The notes: generated by a model not told the origin, from the sequence alone. Positions 38,471-52,685 are shown, counted from the stretch's first letter. The stretch: 64,000 nt of DNA from Octopus sinensis (GCF_006345805.1 NC_042997.1:14446001-14510000); one strand, 5' to 3'. Numbers and translations are program-made.

Positions 38471-39103
38471 TATATATATATATATAAGGACAGCAAAAAG
38501 GCAGAATCGTTAGCATGCCGAGCAAAATACTTAGCGGTATTTCATCTGCTGCTATGTTCTGAGTTCAAATTCTGATATGGTTGACTTTGTCTTTCATCCT
38601 TTCAGGGTTGATTAAATAAGTACCAGTTATGCACTGGGGTCGCTGTAATCAACTTAATCCCTTTGTCCTTGATTGTCCTCTCGATGTTTAGCCCCCTGTA
38701 GGCAATAAAAAAATAAATATATGTGTGTGAGTGGCTATATATATATATATATATATATAATTGTGTGTATGTGTCTTTGTGTTTGTCACCCACCACTGCT
38801 TGACAACTGGGGTTGCTTTGCTTACATCCCCATAACTTAGCAGTTCAGCAAATGACGCTGATAGAATAAGAACTAGGCTTCAAAAAGATAAATAAGTACT
38901 GGGGTTAATTCATTTGACTTCAAGGCAGTGCCCCAGCATGGCTGCAGTTTAATGACTGAAACAAGCAAAAAATAAAAGATACTGGTTTTCATTTGTTCAA
39001 ATAAAACCCTACAAGGTAGAGCTCCCACATGGCCACAGTCCAATGACTGAAACAATCCAAATAGATAATAGAAAAAGATAAACAAACAAAATTGAGATAA
39101 AAC

Positions 39104-39109
39104 TTTATT
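39104..39109 (-). promoter_or_regulatory. candidate polyadenylation signal of the minus-strand gene
   Basis: AATAAA followed about 15-30 nt later by U/GU-rich TTTTGTTTGTTT, at the end of a U-rich tract. Confidence 0.45.
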
Positions 39110-39612
39110 TAAAAAACAACAAATATTAAATTAACAATAAAACAACAATATAGATTTGTGCAAATAAATAATAGGAAGAATAAACCTGTACAGTTTTAAA
39201 TTTTGTGTTAAAATAATTTTAATTTAATTTAAACTGTATTTGATAAAAAAAAACTTTTTTTATGTGACAAAAGAAGCTGAGACAACATTCTTTTATTTTT
39301 TTGTTTTTATATTTTTTTTTTTTTTGTTTCTAAATTGAAAAATTAGAATTATTCATAACCATTAGAATCAAGTGCATGGCGTTAAAGCCAGTGAAGGAAA
39401 TTTGATTCTTAACTGTCCAGGACGAAAAAACAAAAGAAATAACTGGTTGCTTTATTACTGTGGAGAACAGTAAAACAGCTCGTATCATTTGTATCTTGGA
39501 ACTTGTATTTTTCAGTGACTAACACCCGAGGCACGGCAGCAGCAGAGGCAACAGTAACAGTAGGAGTAGGAGGAAGAAGCAGGAGAGGAGAACGACGACA
39601 ACAATAAGGATA

Positions 39613-39643
<31 letters not shown>

Positions 39644-41210
39644 GGATATCAGTGTTGAATTGATACTTTATCTATCAACCCTGACATGTTGTATTTTGAA
39701 TAAAAGGAGGAAAAAAAAAAATGTGAATTATTGAATTTTCTTTTTTTCATATGTTGAGTCTTGAGGGTCGGCAGAAAGAATCCCTGAGCAGTGCTCATGG
39801 CTTTCCATGGGCCCTCTCTAGACTGGTAAGATTGATCCTATTAATGTTCGTCTCAAACTTCTGCAAGTCAACAACTGCATGAAAGATATGAGCAAGGAGG
39901 GAATTTCAGAGGACCGAGTTTCTAGGAAGGAAGGGATAGGCATAGTGATTAGTGCAGGGTCTGTTAGGGTTGGACATAAGAAGGGTGATAGAAGGAGAGA
40001 CGTGTGGGGGATGAAAATGCCTGAGCAGAAACAGTATGAAGTCAGACAGTTCCAGAGAGCAAAGGCCATTATAGTAGCAGTAGGGAAGGCAGAGAGAGAG
40101 AGAGAGAGAGAGAAGACACAGCATGTCTGTGGGCCAAAGACTGGAAGGTATCTGTGAGTAACTTTATGCCAGTTGGTCAAGTGGCCTAGGAGGCCTATAT
40201 GTACAGTAACAGAACTGTCCCATATGTAAGAGCAATACAGGCCTCACCTGAGTTTTGTAGAGAATATTACAAATGTTCTTTACTGACAAGTGAAAAATTC
40301 AAGAAATTTGTGAATTCTAGTTTTTCGACAATAGGAGGAGCTGCCATTGAAGGATCAGAAAACATCATTACTACAAACATTTTATTACCACAGGTTTGGT
40401 CCACGTGTGGTGACATTTCTGACTGTACTTGGCAAGAACTAAGTCCCTCCTTTCATAAAACAATGTTTCGTGACTAAAGTTGAAATTTCATTTAAGTATT
40501 TCCCAGTGTAAGCCATTAGAAGATTCTGGTCCATATTTTAAGATACACAGAAATAAACATAAACCATTGTACTCAAAAGTACATTTATCACAGCTTTCTA
40601 TCACAGATTGTAAAATGAAAGAGAATATTTACCAATGACAGATAAACTTTCTTTCCAACAGTTAACATTTCTTATTTGTGAAATAAAAAATATTTTTGCT
40701 TTACTTGGAAACTGAAGCTGCTCACACAAGCCTGTCTATAACATAATTACCTTCTACACTGTTAGTTATCCAGCAAATGATTTAGGGACTATTAATGTGC
40801 TACAGCAGGCAAGAGAAGATTTTTGTTTTTTTAGGGAGCCTCCAATGTGGCCAGTTGCCCTGTGAGAAATAGTAGCTAAATCACCCCCAAATGACATCCA
40901 ACAGTCATAAAAAATGAAATTGTATGTTGGAGGTTAGACCTGATTGTACGATGTTTGGGAGCAAAAAACAAGATATCATGGCTAAAATGCTTTTAACCAT
41001 TGCGGCTAAACAATAGCTAATTTTTTTAACATTTTCATAGAGTTCACTTATGGATTCCAGTAAACTTGATATTTGTGAACAGCTGTATTCAAGGATTCAG
41101 TATCCTTACTGATGTTGCACTCACAGACATAGAAAAGAACAACAACAACAATAACAAAAACCAGCAAGGTAAGCTTTAAGCTTTCCTAGTACATGTACAC
41201 ATACATGAAA

Positions 41211-42754
41211 TTAACATATTTCAGTTGATTGAGATGGGACATTGTTGGAAACGGATTCAGTTTCAGGGGTTTCAGTATTCAGTAACATCTTTTGGTTACC
41301 CTTCATAACAACTTCAATAATATTCACACCATTAATATCTTCATTCTGAAGTGGTTCTCGTTGGTTCATCAGTTGTTCCACATCCAACGTCTTTAATGTT
41401 TCCCATGACGCATTGTAGGCAACCACCTGTGACTCACGTTTGCAGCTATTTTCTGCACTAGCTATAAATTGATCAGACAGAAATAGCATGCACTTCACAA
41501 TGTTGTTGTTGATGCCAACCCGTTGGTACACCACTGTAGGATTTAAGAAAACTTCAATTGATTTAGTGTCAATTGTGCATACAATGCTATTTTTAGGTGC
41601 GGCATTACAGTTCCTCACATACTTAATTAGTGATCTGAATCTTTCTTCAAGAGGTGGAATGGTATTGTGCAGACTAAAAACATCTGTGTCAGGTTCTGGT
41701 ATATCAGAATCTTCTATTCCTTCACCAACTTCTTCAGGGGGCAATTGTTGCAGTCTTGAGATGGCTTTAAAATAAGTCTTTTGTCGTGTTTCCTTTTTCT
41801 TGAATGCCCATCCAATAGATAGAATTATGTCATTCAGCTTCAATGTCCCTTTATAATAAGGGCGTCCATGAATTATAAATTTGTCCTCCACTTTGTAGTC
41901 GAGGTCTATCTTAGAACCTGTCTTCATACAAGCCTGTTTTAGTACAGACACAGAGATATTCTCACTGAAAACTTTTTCAGCAAAAAATTTCTTGAGTTGA
42001 ACGATAACTGGAACCAGCTTGTTTCCACTAGCATTGTAATCTAGACAGGGTTCAGAATCTTCAGGCACATCTTGTTCTTCATAAGGTCCAGGATCTTTCA
42101 GTTTTAAAATATCATCAACAGGTGTTGTTAGCAACAATTCGTAAACTTTAGAATATATTTTGTGCTTAAGGTCTTTCTTGTGAATTCCACAGCCACGGGC
42201 AATAAATAAACCATCAAGGTGAAAAGATGCACTATACTGGTTGCTCCCTCCTGGTAATTCATGACTGCAATCCAAACTATAGTGTGGATTCATCAAATCT
42301 TTACCAAATTTAGAAAGCAAGTTTTCTATAAGCATTATTTTATTGGGTTTGATATCTTCTTTCTTTAACTCATCAATAAATGCACACAGTTTTTCATCAG
42401 GTGTTCCAAGGTGTTGATATTTTGTAAATTTCCCTTCTTGTTTTAGCTTCATTTTAGTTGTTTTTTTTATACTTTTCTGATTATCTGATTCATCATTTTC
42501 CAGAGATTTTCTCTGTCTATCATTAGGCGGCAATAAAACTTGTAACTGAGGTTGGTTTTCAGTTGCGGTGTATTTAAAAGGATCAACAACATCCCTATAA
42601 TGACAATGAGTATCATTTGAAGATAATTTTGAATATTCTGTATTAGAGGAATCAAAACGGTTTCTGTTGGCACTTGCAGTCCCTGCAGTTGTCGTTCTTT
42701 CTAAAAGTTGCATGAACAAGTTTACATTCATATCTTTCAATTTTTCATGACAGG
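41211..42754 (-). CDS. terminal coding exon, NKRF/CARF-like protein with three dsRBD-like domains
   Basis: 1.5-kb open frame; acceptor TTTTGCAG at 42755, phase 1. Three alpha-beta3-alpha repeats (GCGIHKKDLKHKIY, GWAFKKKETRQKTY, AENSCKRESQVVAY); the third resembles an NKRF dsRBD as recalled. Confidence 0.8.
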
Positions 42755-42859
42755 CTGCAAAATAATGGGAAAAAAAAGTAGTACTTTACTAGATATTTTA
42801 AATATATAAAAACAGGAAACGTTTACATTTAAACAGTTTAAATTTAAAATATATTTACA

Positions 42860-43260
42860 TAGGAGTGGCTGTGTGGTAAGTAGCTTGTTTACCAACCACA
42901 TGGTTCTGGGTTCAGTCCCACTGCGTGGCACCTTGGGCAATTGTCTTCTACTATAGCCCCGACCCGACCAAAGCCTTGTGAGTGGATTTGGTAGATGGAA
43001 ACTGAAAGAAGCCTGTCGTATATATGTATATATATGTATGTGTGTGTGTTTGTGTGTCTGTGTTTGTTCCCCTAGCATTGCTTGACAACCGATGCTGGTG
43101 TGTTTATGTCCCCATCACTTAGCGGTTCGGCAAAAAGAGACCGATAGAATAAGTACTGGGCTTGCAAAGAATAAGTCCCGGGGTCGAGTTGCTCGATTAA
43201 AGGCGGTGCTCCAGCATGGCCGCAGTCAAATGACTGAAACAAGTAAAAGAGAAAAGAGAA
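42860..43260 (+). mobile_element. SINE family D (intronic)
   Basis: Full-length homology to other D copies. Confidence 0.85.
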
Positions 43261-43716
43261 ATATATGCACTACCAAACTAAGTATTTTCTGAACACTATT
43301 AAAGAAGATGCGATTTGTCTTCTCTTTACGTCGCCTATTTCCTTACGGCCTCAATTGAAGGGAAATAACTCTTTCAAAGTTCATAGCCAGAAGTTCTTTT
43401 TTTTCCTTCTTTTTTTGACATTTTGAACAAAAATATTTTAGCATGCTTCGCTCAGAAAGTAAAAATAAAAAGAAAATACAGAACACATTTATATATTTTA
43501 GCCAGTAAATATAGATAAATCTAAGCTACACAGATTTAGTACTTACTTCTTAAAATATGAAGCATTGTTTTGGATTTTTTTCATATTAAATTTTTTTTTC
43601 ATTGGTGATTAATGTGCCGTGACACATCGTCTATGGAATTATGGTCTCGAATAATAACTACTTTATTTAATAAAAATAATTTTCTTATATAATGCAAGGT
43701 TGTTATTTCGAAATCA

Positions 43717-44180
43717 AATTCGATGACTGGCACCTGTGCTAGTGGAGCGTTAAGAGTACCATATGAGCATGAGATCGGGGCCAGAGCAACAAGCTGGCCT
43801 CCGTGCCTGTGGCACGTAAAAACACCATTCGAGTGTGATCGTTACCTGTGTAGCCTTACTAGCACTTGTGCTGGTGGCACGTGAAAAAACATCCGAAGGA
43901 GGTCGTTGCCGCTGGACTGGCTCCTGTGCAGGTGGCACATAAAAAGCACCATTTGAGCGTGGCTGTTGCCAGTACCACCTAACTGGCCCTCATGCCGGTG
44001 GCACGTAAAAGCACCCACTACACTCTCAGAGTGGTTGGCGTTAGGAAAGGCATCCAGCTGTAGAAACTCTGCCAGATCAGACTGGAGTTTGGTGCAGCCA
44101 TCTGGTTTGCCAGACCTCAGTCAAATCGTCCAACCCATGCAAGCATGGAAAGCGAACATTAACGATGATGATGATGATGA
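43717..44180 (+). mobile_element. E-family LINE 3' UTR fragment
   Basis: Ends in CCAACCCATGC..(GAT)n like 38300-38470. Confidence 0.8.
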
Positions 44181-44516
44181 TAGCAAGACACCTGCGTTTG
44201 TTCCTTTATCATACTTTTTAACATCTGGCATAAAACCACCTCCATCCCCTTTCAAATATTCCCCAACTTAACCCAGGAGGCTTTTTCTTTTTCTTCTTCT
44301 TGTCTTGTCTTGCAAGTTAATAGGCAACTTCATAAGTGCTAGTGACACAAAAAAAATGCACCCAGTACAATCATTTAATGCCATTCACTGTAAAGGGATT
44401 GACATTAGAAAAGGTACCCAGCTGTAGAGGCCATGCCATAGCCAATGTTGGAGCACAATGCACCCTGGTCAAATCTTCCAGCCCATGCCAGCATAGAACA
44501 TGGATGTTAATTCACC

Positions 44517-44750
44517 TATTTCTTTATTACCCACAAGGGGCTAACACAGAGGGGACAAACAAGGACAGACATAGGTATTAAGTCGATTACATCGACCCCA
44601 GTGCGTAACTGGTACTTAATTTATCGACCCCGAAAGGATGAAAGGCAAAGTCGACCTCGGCGGAATTTGAACTCACAACGTAACGCAGACGAAATACCGC
44701 TAAGCATTTTGCCCAGCATGCTAACGTTTCTGCCAGCTCACCGCCTTTTT
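44517..44750 (-). mobile_element. SINE family C monomer with TSD
   Basis: GATGTTAATTCACC at 44503-44516 and 44757-44770. Confidence 0.88.
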
Positions 44751-44877
44751 TACATAGATGTTAATTCACCACCACCACCACCACCATGATGAGTACAAGG
44801 TTTATAAAGTGAAAGACTTTGCCTTTCATCCTTTCGGGGGTCGATAAATTATGTACCACCTGACTGGGTCTCGTGCT

Positions 44878-45068
44878 GGTGTCATGTAAAAGCACCCACT
44901 ACACTCTCAGAGTGGTTGGTGTTAGGGAGGGCATTCAGCTGTAGAAACTCTGCCAGATTAGACTGGACCCTGGTGCAGCCATCTAGTTTGCCAGACCTCA
45001 GTCAAATCGTCCAACCCATGCTAGCATGGAAAGCAGACGTTAAACGATGATGATGATGATGATGATGA
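44878..45068 (+). mobile_element. E-family fragment
   Basis: Homology to 38290-38470. Confidence 0.8.
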
Positions 45069-45542
45069 TCTCAACAAATATAAGCAGGTATTTGTGTGTG
45101 TATGCATACACATGCAGGCATCAATGTAAGCTTATCATCCCAATTATTGGCCTTATCTTCAGCATCATCACTTTATTTTTTCCCAAGATGGCATGAGTTA
45201 AGCAAATCTACAGTGGAGTAAATCTTGGCTCTATGTTATCACAATAAGGCCTGTTAGGTTCTCAGATACTGACACAATTTTATTCGTTACCTTGCCATGT
45301 ACATAATTTACTGAAGAGTATCACAATATCACAGAATCGACTAGACTATTTGATGTTATACATCACTTGTCTCAATGCAATTCACATCGTTTTAGCTTTC
45401 GAATGATGCCATCCTGTTTGGCTAGGCAAGCTGGCTAATATTCCTCTTGATCAGAAGGCTAGTCCATTGTGGGGTTGCCCATTTACAGCTGAGCAGACTG
45501 GAGAAATATAAAACAAAGTGTTTTCCTCAAGAACATAATTAA

Positions 45543-45775
45543 GGCAGCGAGCTGGCAGAAACATTAGCACGCTGGGCAAAATGCCTAGCGGGATTTCGTC
45601 TGTCTTTACGTTCCTAGTTCAAATTCTGCCGAGGTCGACTTTGTCTTTCATCCTTTCGGGGTTGATAAATTAAGTACCAGTTACACACTGCAGTCGATGT
45701 AATCGACTTAATTCCTTTGTCTGTCCTTGTTTGTCCCCTCTATGTTTAGCTCCCTGTGGGCAATAAAGAAATAAG
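45543..45775 (+). mobile_element. SINE family C monomer
   Basis: Homology to other C copies. Confidence 0.85.
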
Positions 45776-46577
45776 AACATAATCATAATCATCACTATAA
45801 TCATTTAACATAATAAATCCATGCTGGCAAGGGCTGAACAGTTTCACAGGATCCAGCAACCCACAGAGCTACATCAGGCCCCAACATCAGGTTTCACATG
45901 GTTTCTATAATATGTTGATCTTATCACTAACTAACGGTTGTTAGTTGTCGGAGCACTGCATCCTTCAAAACTTCCATGCTTCCTGAGATTCGCCAACACT
46001 ACACCTGATTTTCTCCCCTCCATACACACACAAGCATGTATCTGACTCATACATTGTTCGCTTTCCAGACATTTCTACATTACTGCATGTACTTTATATG
46101 CACTTTCTGACAAGTTGTGGTGCACCTCAGCACTGTATACAATAATTTCATTATTATTATATTATTTACAATGTGTACTTGGTAGTCTTTTCATGAGACC
46201 GAGCACTATTAAGGTCTCCAGGTAATTTGCAAAACAAAGTGAAGAAAAGAAAAGTTAAAAGCCACCTTGATTCAGTGAGTGAAATATACTAACGAAGGTG
46301 ATGATGGCAGTAACACCATGTTCATCACTCAGGTGCAATTGATAAGTTAGTTCAAGAGCTGGACAACTGATCACATGATCATGAGTCCAAGCCTTGCTAT
46401 AGCCACATTGTGTTACACAGCCAGAGGAAGCACATTACATTTACTCTCTTAAATTGAATGGTTAACAATATGAAGAATATAGGAATGTATAAATACTTGC
46501 CCCGATACCCACCACTTTCACATTAGCTATGGATATGAAACAACACAAATATCATTATAATTAATAATTATATAACA

Positions 46578-46950
46578 TCATCATCATCATCGTTTAACGT
46601 CCACTTTCCATGCTAGCATGGGTTGGATGATTTGACTGAAGACTGGCGAACCAGATGGCTGCACTAGGCTCCAATCTTGATCTGGCAGAGTTTCTACAGC
46701 TGGATGCCCTTCCTAATGCCAACCACTCTGGGAGTGTAGTGAGTGCTTTTACGTACCACTGGCATGAGGGCCAGTCAGGCAGTACTGGCAACGGCTACGC
46801 TCAAAGAGTGTTTTTTATGTACCACCTGCACAGGAGCCAGTCCAGTGGTACTGGCAACAACCTCGCTCAAATGCTTTTTCACGTGCAAGTAAGGCAACAC
46901 TGGTAACAATCACGCTTGAACAGTGCTTTTTACATGCCACTGGCATGGAA
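46578..46950 (-). mobile_element. E-family fragment
   Basis: Homology to 43717-44180, inverted. Confidence 0.8.
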
Positions 46951-47134
46951 GCCAAAATTACTATATTATGTCACATGTAAACAAACATAAGTTTGTTTTT
47001 GAAGCATTGAAATGTATTGTAGTATAAGAAGAAAGATATATTTTTCAATGTGTAAATACTGATAAAACAGCATATATAGGATAAAATCCTTTTAGAGCAG
47101 AAAAATTTGTCAGCAACCGCTATTTATACTATAG

Positions 47135-47524
47135 CTAGCAGTATCGCCCGGCGTTGCTCGGGTTTGTTTTGACCCTTTAGAATTGGAGTTTTTGAAAAGT
47201 AAAAATTGTGCATTATGTAGCTTGTTATTCTCTTTAAGTGAACATTTTTCTGGTTGAAATACACCGAAAAATGGCGACACAGCAGTCAAAAAATTGTAAA
47301 AAATAGGGATTTTCATAGAAAAAAAGCACCTTTTTGATGTAAATAATTTTTGGTATTAACATGGTCCGATTTGAATTTTTTCTTCTATGGAAGGAAGAGC
47401 AAGCCTTCTTCTATCATACTATCAAGTTTGGTCAACTTGTGTCGCAGGTCTCGAGGAGATAGTGTTAGTTGAAGGCTACCAAACCTGCCAAACACAGACC
47501 ACTTCAGCTTTATATATAGAGAGA
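47135..47524 (-). mobile_element. non-autonomous Helitron
   Basis: TC start, CCCGAGCAACGCCGGG hairpin, CTAG end; inverted homolog of 48309-48696. Confidence 0.8.
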
Positions 47525-48308
47525 TTACTATATTATAATGAAGTTGCAGGAGTGGGTGTGTTACACTTTGCAACCAAGTGGTTTTGGGTTCAAGTGTAAT
47601 CCAGGCAAGTGCTTTCTACTATAATCTCAGGCTGACCGGTGCTTTGAGTGAACTTGGTTGATGGAATTGTAAAGAACCCATCATAAATGTATTTATGTAT
47701 GCATGTACGTGTGTATGCATGTTCCTCTTGTCTTAGCATATGCATGCTGATTGTAAACAGATTTCTTGTACAACACTATCATTTGTTTGCAATCTTCTGT
47801 GAAAACATGTCTAGCCACTGAGCAGCTGGTCATTGACCTGTTCACCGTTTGAAGGACCAGGGGAAATATTACCTTGCTTGGAAATAAAAGTGAGGGTTGG
47901 TGACAAGCAGAACATCTGGTCATAGAAAAACTGCCTCAACAAGTTTCATCTGATCCATCAAGCATGGAAAAGTGAAAGTTGAAACGATGATGATGACGAG
48001 GAGGATGACGATGATAATGATAATGGTGGTAGTAGTGATGGCGGTGGGTGATTATCTCTGTTGCATGTTTGGAACAGTAGAGTAATGGCCCAAATTATCT
48101 GGCTGTATTCAGTTATCCCCCTTTATAAATTCTGAGTTCAAACTCTGTGTAGGCTAGTTTTGTCTTCCATCCTCCAGCAATAGATAAAATAGTCACCCAT
48201 CAATTACTGATGATCTATATAATCGATGAGATTTACCATCAAATTTCTAGTCTGAAGCCTATGTAAGAAATTATCCTTTCTATTTTTAAAATCTTGTGTT
48301 TATATATA

Positions 48309-48696
48309 TCTCTATATATATAAAGCTGAAGTTGTTTGTGTATGGCAGGTTTAGTAGCCTTCAACTAACACTATCCCCTCCGAGACCCTGCAGCGCAAGT
48401 TGACCAAAATTGAGAGTATGATAGAAGGCTTCCTCTTCCTCCTGTAGAAGAAAAATTCAAATTGGACCATGTTAACACTAAAAATTATAGAAAAAAAAGG
48501 TGCTTTTTTTTCTATGAAATTTCCGATTTTTTACGATTTTTTTTTACTCCTGTGTCGCCATTTTTCGCTGTATTTCAACCAGAAAATTGTCACTTAAAGA
48601 GAATAACAAGCTACATAATGCAAACGTTTTACTTTTCAAAAATTCCAGTTCTAAAGGGTCAAAACAAACCCGAGCAACGCCGGGCGATACTGCTAG
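48309..48696 (+). mobile_element. non-autonomous Helitron
   Basis: A^TC..hairpin..CTAG^T. Confidence 0.82.
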
Positions 48697-49133
48697 TATT
48701 TTATAAAAATGTCACTAGCTATCAAGGTTATCACCAAACTACAACACTGCTTTCAGAATCATACAAAACTTATTACTGTGGTATCCTTTTATATTCATCA
48801 TCATTTTAATATTTTCTTTCACACACTTGCATGGATTAGACAGAGTTTATATATTGAGACAAATTTTCTGCAACTGGACAGCCTTCCTGTCACCAATCCT
48901 TACCCTTTTCTTAGCAATATTTCCCCATGGCCAAGTAATATTTCCCCATGGCCAAACATGTTTTCACAGAATATTGGAAATGACTGGCATTCATTTTCAG
49001 CAATCACATAATGTCAAGACAAGAGGACATAAACATACAAAGACACACACACACACACACATGCGTACACGTGCGTGCACACACATGTACGCGCACATGC
49101 AAAAGCGCATGTATGCACACACACATCAATCAT

Positions 49134-49612
49134 ATCATCATCATCATCGTTTATCATCCGCTTTCCATGCTAGCATGGGGTGGACAATTTGGCTGAGGAC
49201 TGGCGAACCAGAAGGCTGCACCAGGCTCCAATCTGATCTGGCAGAGTTTCTATAGCTGGATGCCCTTCCTAACGCCAACCACTCCGAGAGTGTAGTGGGT
49301 GCTTCTACATGCCACCAGCACAAGAGCCAGTCAGGCGGTGCTGGCAATGGCCATGCTCAAATGTTGCTTTTTATGTACCACTTGCACAGGAGCCAGTCCA
49401 GGGGCACTGGCAACGACCTCGCTCGAATGTTTTTTCACGTGCCACCAGTACAAGTGCTAGTAAGGTAACGCAGGTAACGATCACGCTCAAATGGTGTTTT
49501 TAACATGCCATTAGCATGGAAGCCAGCTTGTTGCTCTGGCTAGGATCCTACTCATATGGTACTCTTAGCGCTCCACTAGCATGGATGCCAGTCATCGAAT
49601 TTGATTTCGATT
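49134..49612 (-). mobile_element. E-family fragment
   Basis: Homology to 43717-44180, inverted. Confidence 0.8.
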
Positions 49613-50204
49613 GGACTATATGTACAAAAATCTTTTTTCGATTTCATTCAACCAAAATCTACTTGTAAGGCTTCAGCCAGCTCAGAGTTGAATGTATAAA
49701 ACACTTGCCCAAGGTACCACACAATGGAATTAAACCTGATACTTTGTGATTGGGAAGCAAACTTCTCACCACACAGCCACACCAGCACCTACCTTATATT
49801 TTCATATTATTTTACTGCTTTCAGACATTAGACTCTGACCATGCCAAGAAATTGTCTTTAATAGTGTTGGTTGATTGCATCAACTACATTACTCTGTCTG
49901 GGATTTATTTTATCAACCTTCTGATGTAGAACAACCAAGTCAGCCTGGATATAATAGGACATAACCAATACAGAACATAATATCTACATCCAATGCGCTT
50001 CTATGCAGTTTTCACTTACTAAATTTCCCTTTGACTTAAATAGAAGGCATTAACACAGTTAGTGTGAATATAGAACCTTATGGTTGTAGAGCAAACTTCT
50101 TAACTATCATTCCATGTGGTCAGTATATATATTTTGCTGCAAGACAATCTTTCAAATATCATCACTAAATTGTTACTGTTATCATTAATATTCTTTTCTA
50201 CTCT

Positions 50205-50405
50205 AGGTACAAAGCCCGAAATTTTGGAGGAGGGAGCCACTCGATTAGATTAACCCCAGTATACAACTGGTACTTAATTTATCGACCCCAAAAGGATGAA
50301 AGGCAAAGTCAACCTCGGCAGAATTTGAACTCAGAACATAGCGGCAGACGAAATACCGCTAAGCATTTCACCCGGCGTGCTAACGATTCTGCCAACTTGC
50401 CACTT
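50205..50405 (-). mobile_element. SINE family C (alternative tail)
   Basis: Homology to other C copies. Confidence 0.78.
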
Positions 50406-50646
50406 TGTTGTCATTAATATTCACTATATTAACCTGCTCAAGATCATCCCCATAATACAATCATTTTAAAGTGATCTAAATTAGCACCGTCCATAAAAAT
50501 TTTGTATTAATGAATGTTCCAAAAACCAACTCAGTAATGGCAAAGTGATTTTACTGAATTCTTTACTGTTTTCTAATTGAAACAAAAGCTGTGCATTTCA
50601 ACAGAAATATATTAGCAAAAGAGTTAAATTAAAAATGCAAACTTAC

Positions 50647-51562
50647 TTGGCATCTGTAGGGCTGCTAATACAGCTTCTTCACCTTTTGAAGAAATTTCAT
50701 TGATTAAAAAATCTGAAAGTTGTTGTAGCTTTCTCCCTGTAATTGCAATCATCAATGACAATTTTGCAAAACAAGAGTCTGTATCACATATATTCTGAGA
50801 AATATTATTATCTTTCAGAGCAGCAAGAGGGCCAAGAATATCTTTTAACCTACTGTTCACTTTCAGAAGTCTTGTAAGATCATAATTATTTTTTATCATT
50901 AAATCAAGCTCTTCTTCAAAAACTCTACCAATTTCTTCATTAGTAATTAAGGAATCACAAGCCTCAGTTCGTGTTAATCCTTCTTCACAGACACTTTTTG
51001 ATTCTTTCCTTGAACAGTTTTCCTTACTAAAATTATTCCCTTTTGAAATCCAGTTATTTTTAGTAATCCTTGAGTTTTTGTAACTGAAAGGTTCTTCAAA
51101 ATCATTTAAGATTGGTCTTTGATATTTCTTACTCCTATCTCTTTCGCCATATGATGTTTTAAGACCTCTAAAATCAGTAGTGCCACAAAACGAACTGTGG
51201 AACTTTTTCTCAGTTCCAGGTCTGCCATTTTCCAAATTATCCATAATTTGCTTGGTTTCTCTTTGAATAACATGATTAATATTTGTCCTTTTAGGAGAGA
51301 AACCAGAACTTTTGTTTCCATCATTCTTGAAATTGCGGTTTTCTCCATAATTTTTAGAATATAGAGTATGAGGATTTTTATATTCTTTTCCTCCTATATA
51401 ACCATTACATTTGTTCATAGGATTAGGTCTTAAGTGAAGATTTTTAGAACTTAAAAATTCATTTTTTGAGGTGGAATTTCCCCAAGAATAATTCTTACTG
51501 AATTTCCAGTTCTTCAACTCAAAACTCTTCTCACTCAGTTTAGCCATAATCCAAACCCACAT
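50647..51562 (-). CDS. upstream coding exon of the same gene (K/N/S-rich region plus helical domain)
   Basis: 916-nt open frame; acceptor TTTTGCAG|ATG at 51563; donor CCAA|GTAAGT at 50646, phase 1, matching the downstream exon (A+CC = Thr). Confidence 0.78.
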
Positions 51563-52241
51563 CTGCAAAAGTAAAATAATATAATAATAAATAAAATTGT
51601 TTTGAAAAATGATTTTTGATATTATTAACTTTTATTCAAAATATTAGATTTAATGATATTCTGAAACATGTCGGAATAATTTTTTCCTTCTAGAAACTAA
51701 TAAATGATGTATAACTAAATATATTTTAATATCATCATTATCATTTGATACCTGTTTTACATGCTGGCATGGGTTGGATGGTTTGACAGGAACTGGCAAG
51801 CCAGAGAGCTGGACCAAGCTTCAATTGTCTGTTTCAGCATGGTTTTTACAGATGGGTGTCCTTCTAATGCTAACCACTTTACAAAGTATTCTGGGTGCTT
51901 TTTATGTAGCACCAGCACAGGAGCTTTTACATGACACTAACACTGGTCCGTTTTACATGACACCAGCATGGGTGCTTTTTACATGGTGTCAGAATGGGTG
52001 CTTTTTACGTGGTGCCAGAATGGGTGCTTTTTATGTGGTGCAAGTACAGATGTTTCTTACATGGCATCAGCACAGGTACTTTTACATGGATATTCTATTA
52101 TATAGTTGCACAACTATATATTTAGAGATGCACACACTCATTGACATCAATTTGCTGAGTACAATGGTAAAATGTTATCACATCTACTTCTATTTGCATT
52201 CTCCAAAATTCTATTCTAGGAACCCTTTAATTTATTATGCA

Positions 52242-52640
52242 CTAGCAGTATCACCTGGCGTTGCTTGGGTTTGTAAGGGAAATAACTATATAAGCATTTT
52301 TAGAGAGTTATAGCCAAAAAAATAGCAAAAAAATGCATTAAAAATGGGGAAAAAATGATGGTAAATTTTTTTTTAAATCGTTGACTCATCGTAGACATTT
52401 TTAGAGAGTTACTTCCCTTATATAATAGCGAAAAATTGCATTAAAATGGAAAAAAATGATGGTAAATTATTTTTAAAATCGTAGACTCATCGTAGACGCG
52501 TGCTAATACCCAGAAGGGCTCGATATGAATCACGACTATAAGATACCCGCTTTTGGTTAAACTGCACCGCAAAATGTGGGAGTAGTTAGGAATCTAAATC
52601 GTAGGAGACAGACACCCAACTTCACTTTTATATATAAAGA
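52242..52640 (-). mobile_element. non-autonomous Helitron
   Basis: Same subfamily as 58194-58587 and 59565-59954. Confidence 0.8.
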
Positions 52641-52685
52641 TATGGATAGCATATCTTAAGCCTCAAAATTATTTACTTTTAATCT

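Noticed and set aside
39760-40560. Extra G-patch/R3H exon, or plus-strand ORF 40199-40477 as a gene
   Set aside because: Minus frames show no such motifs. The plus ORF is short with no recognisable domain and more likely lies antisense to the 3' UTR.
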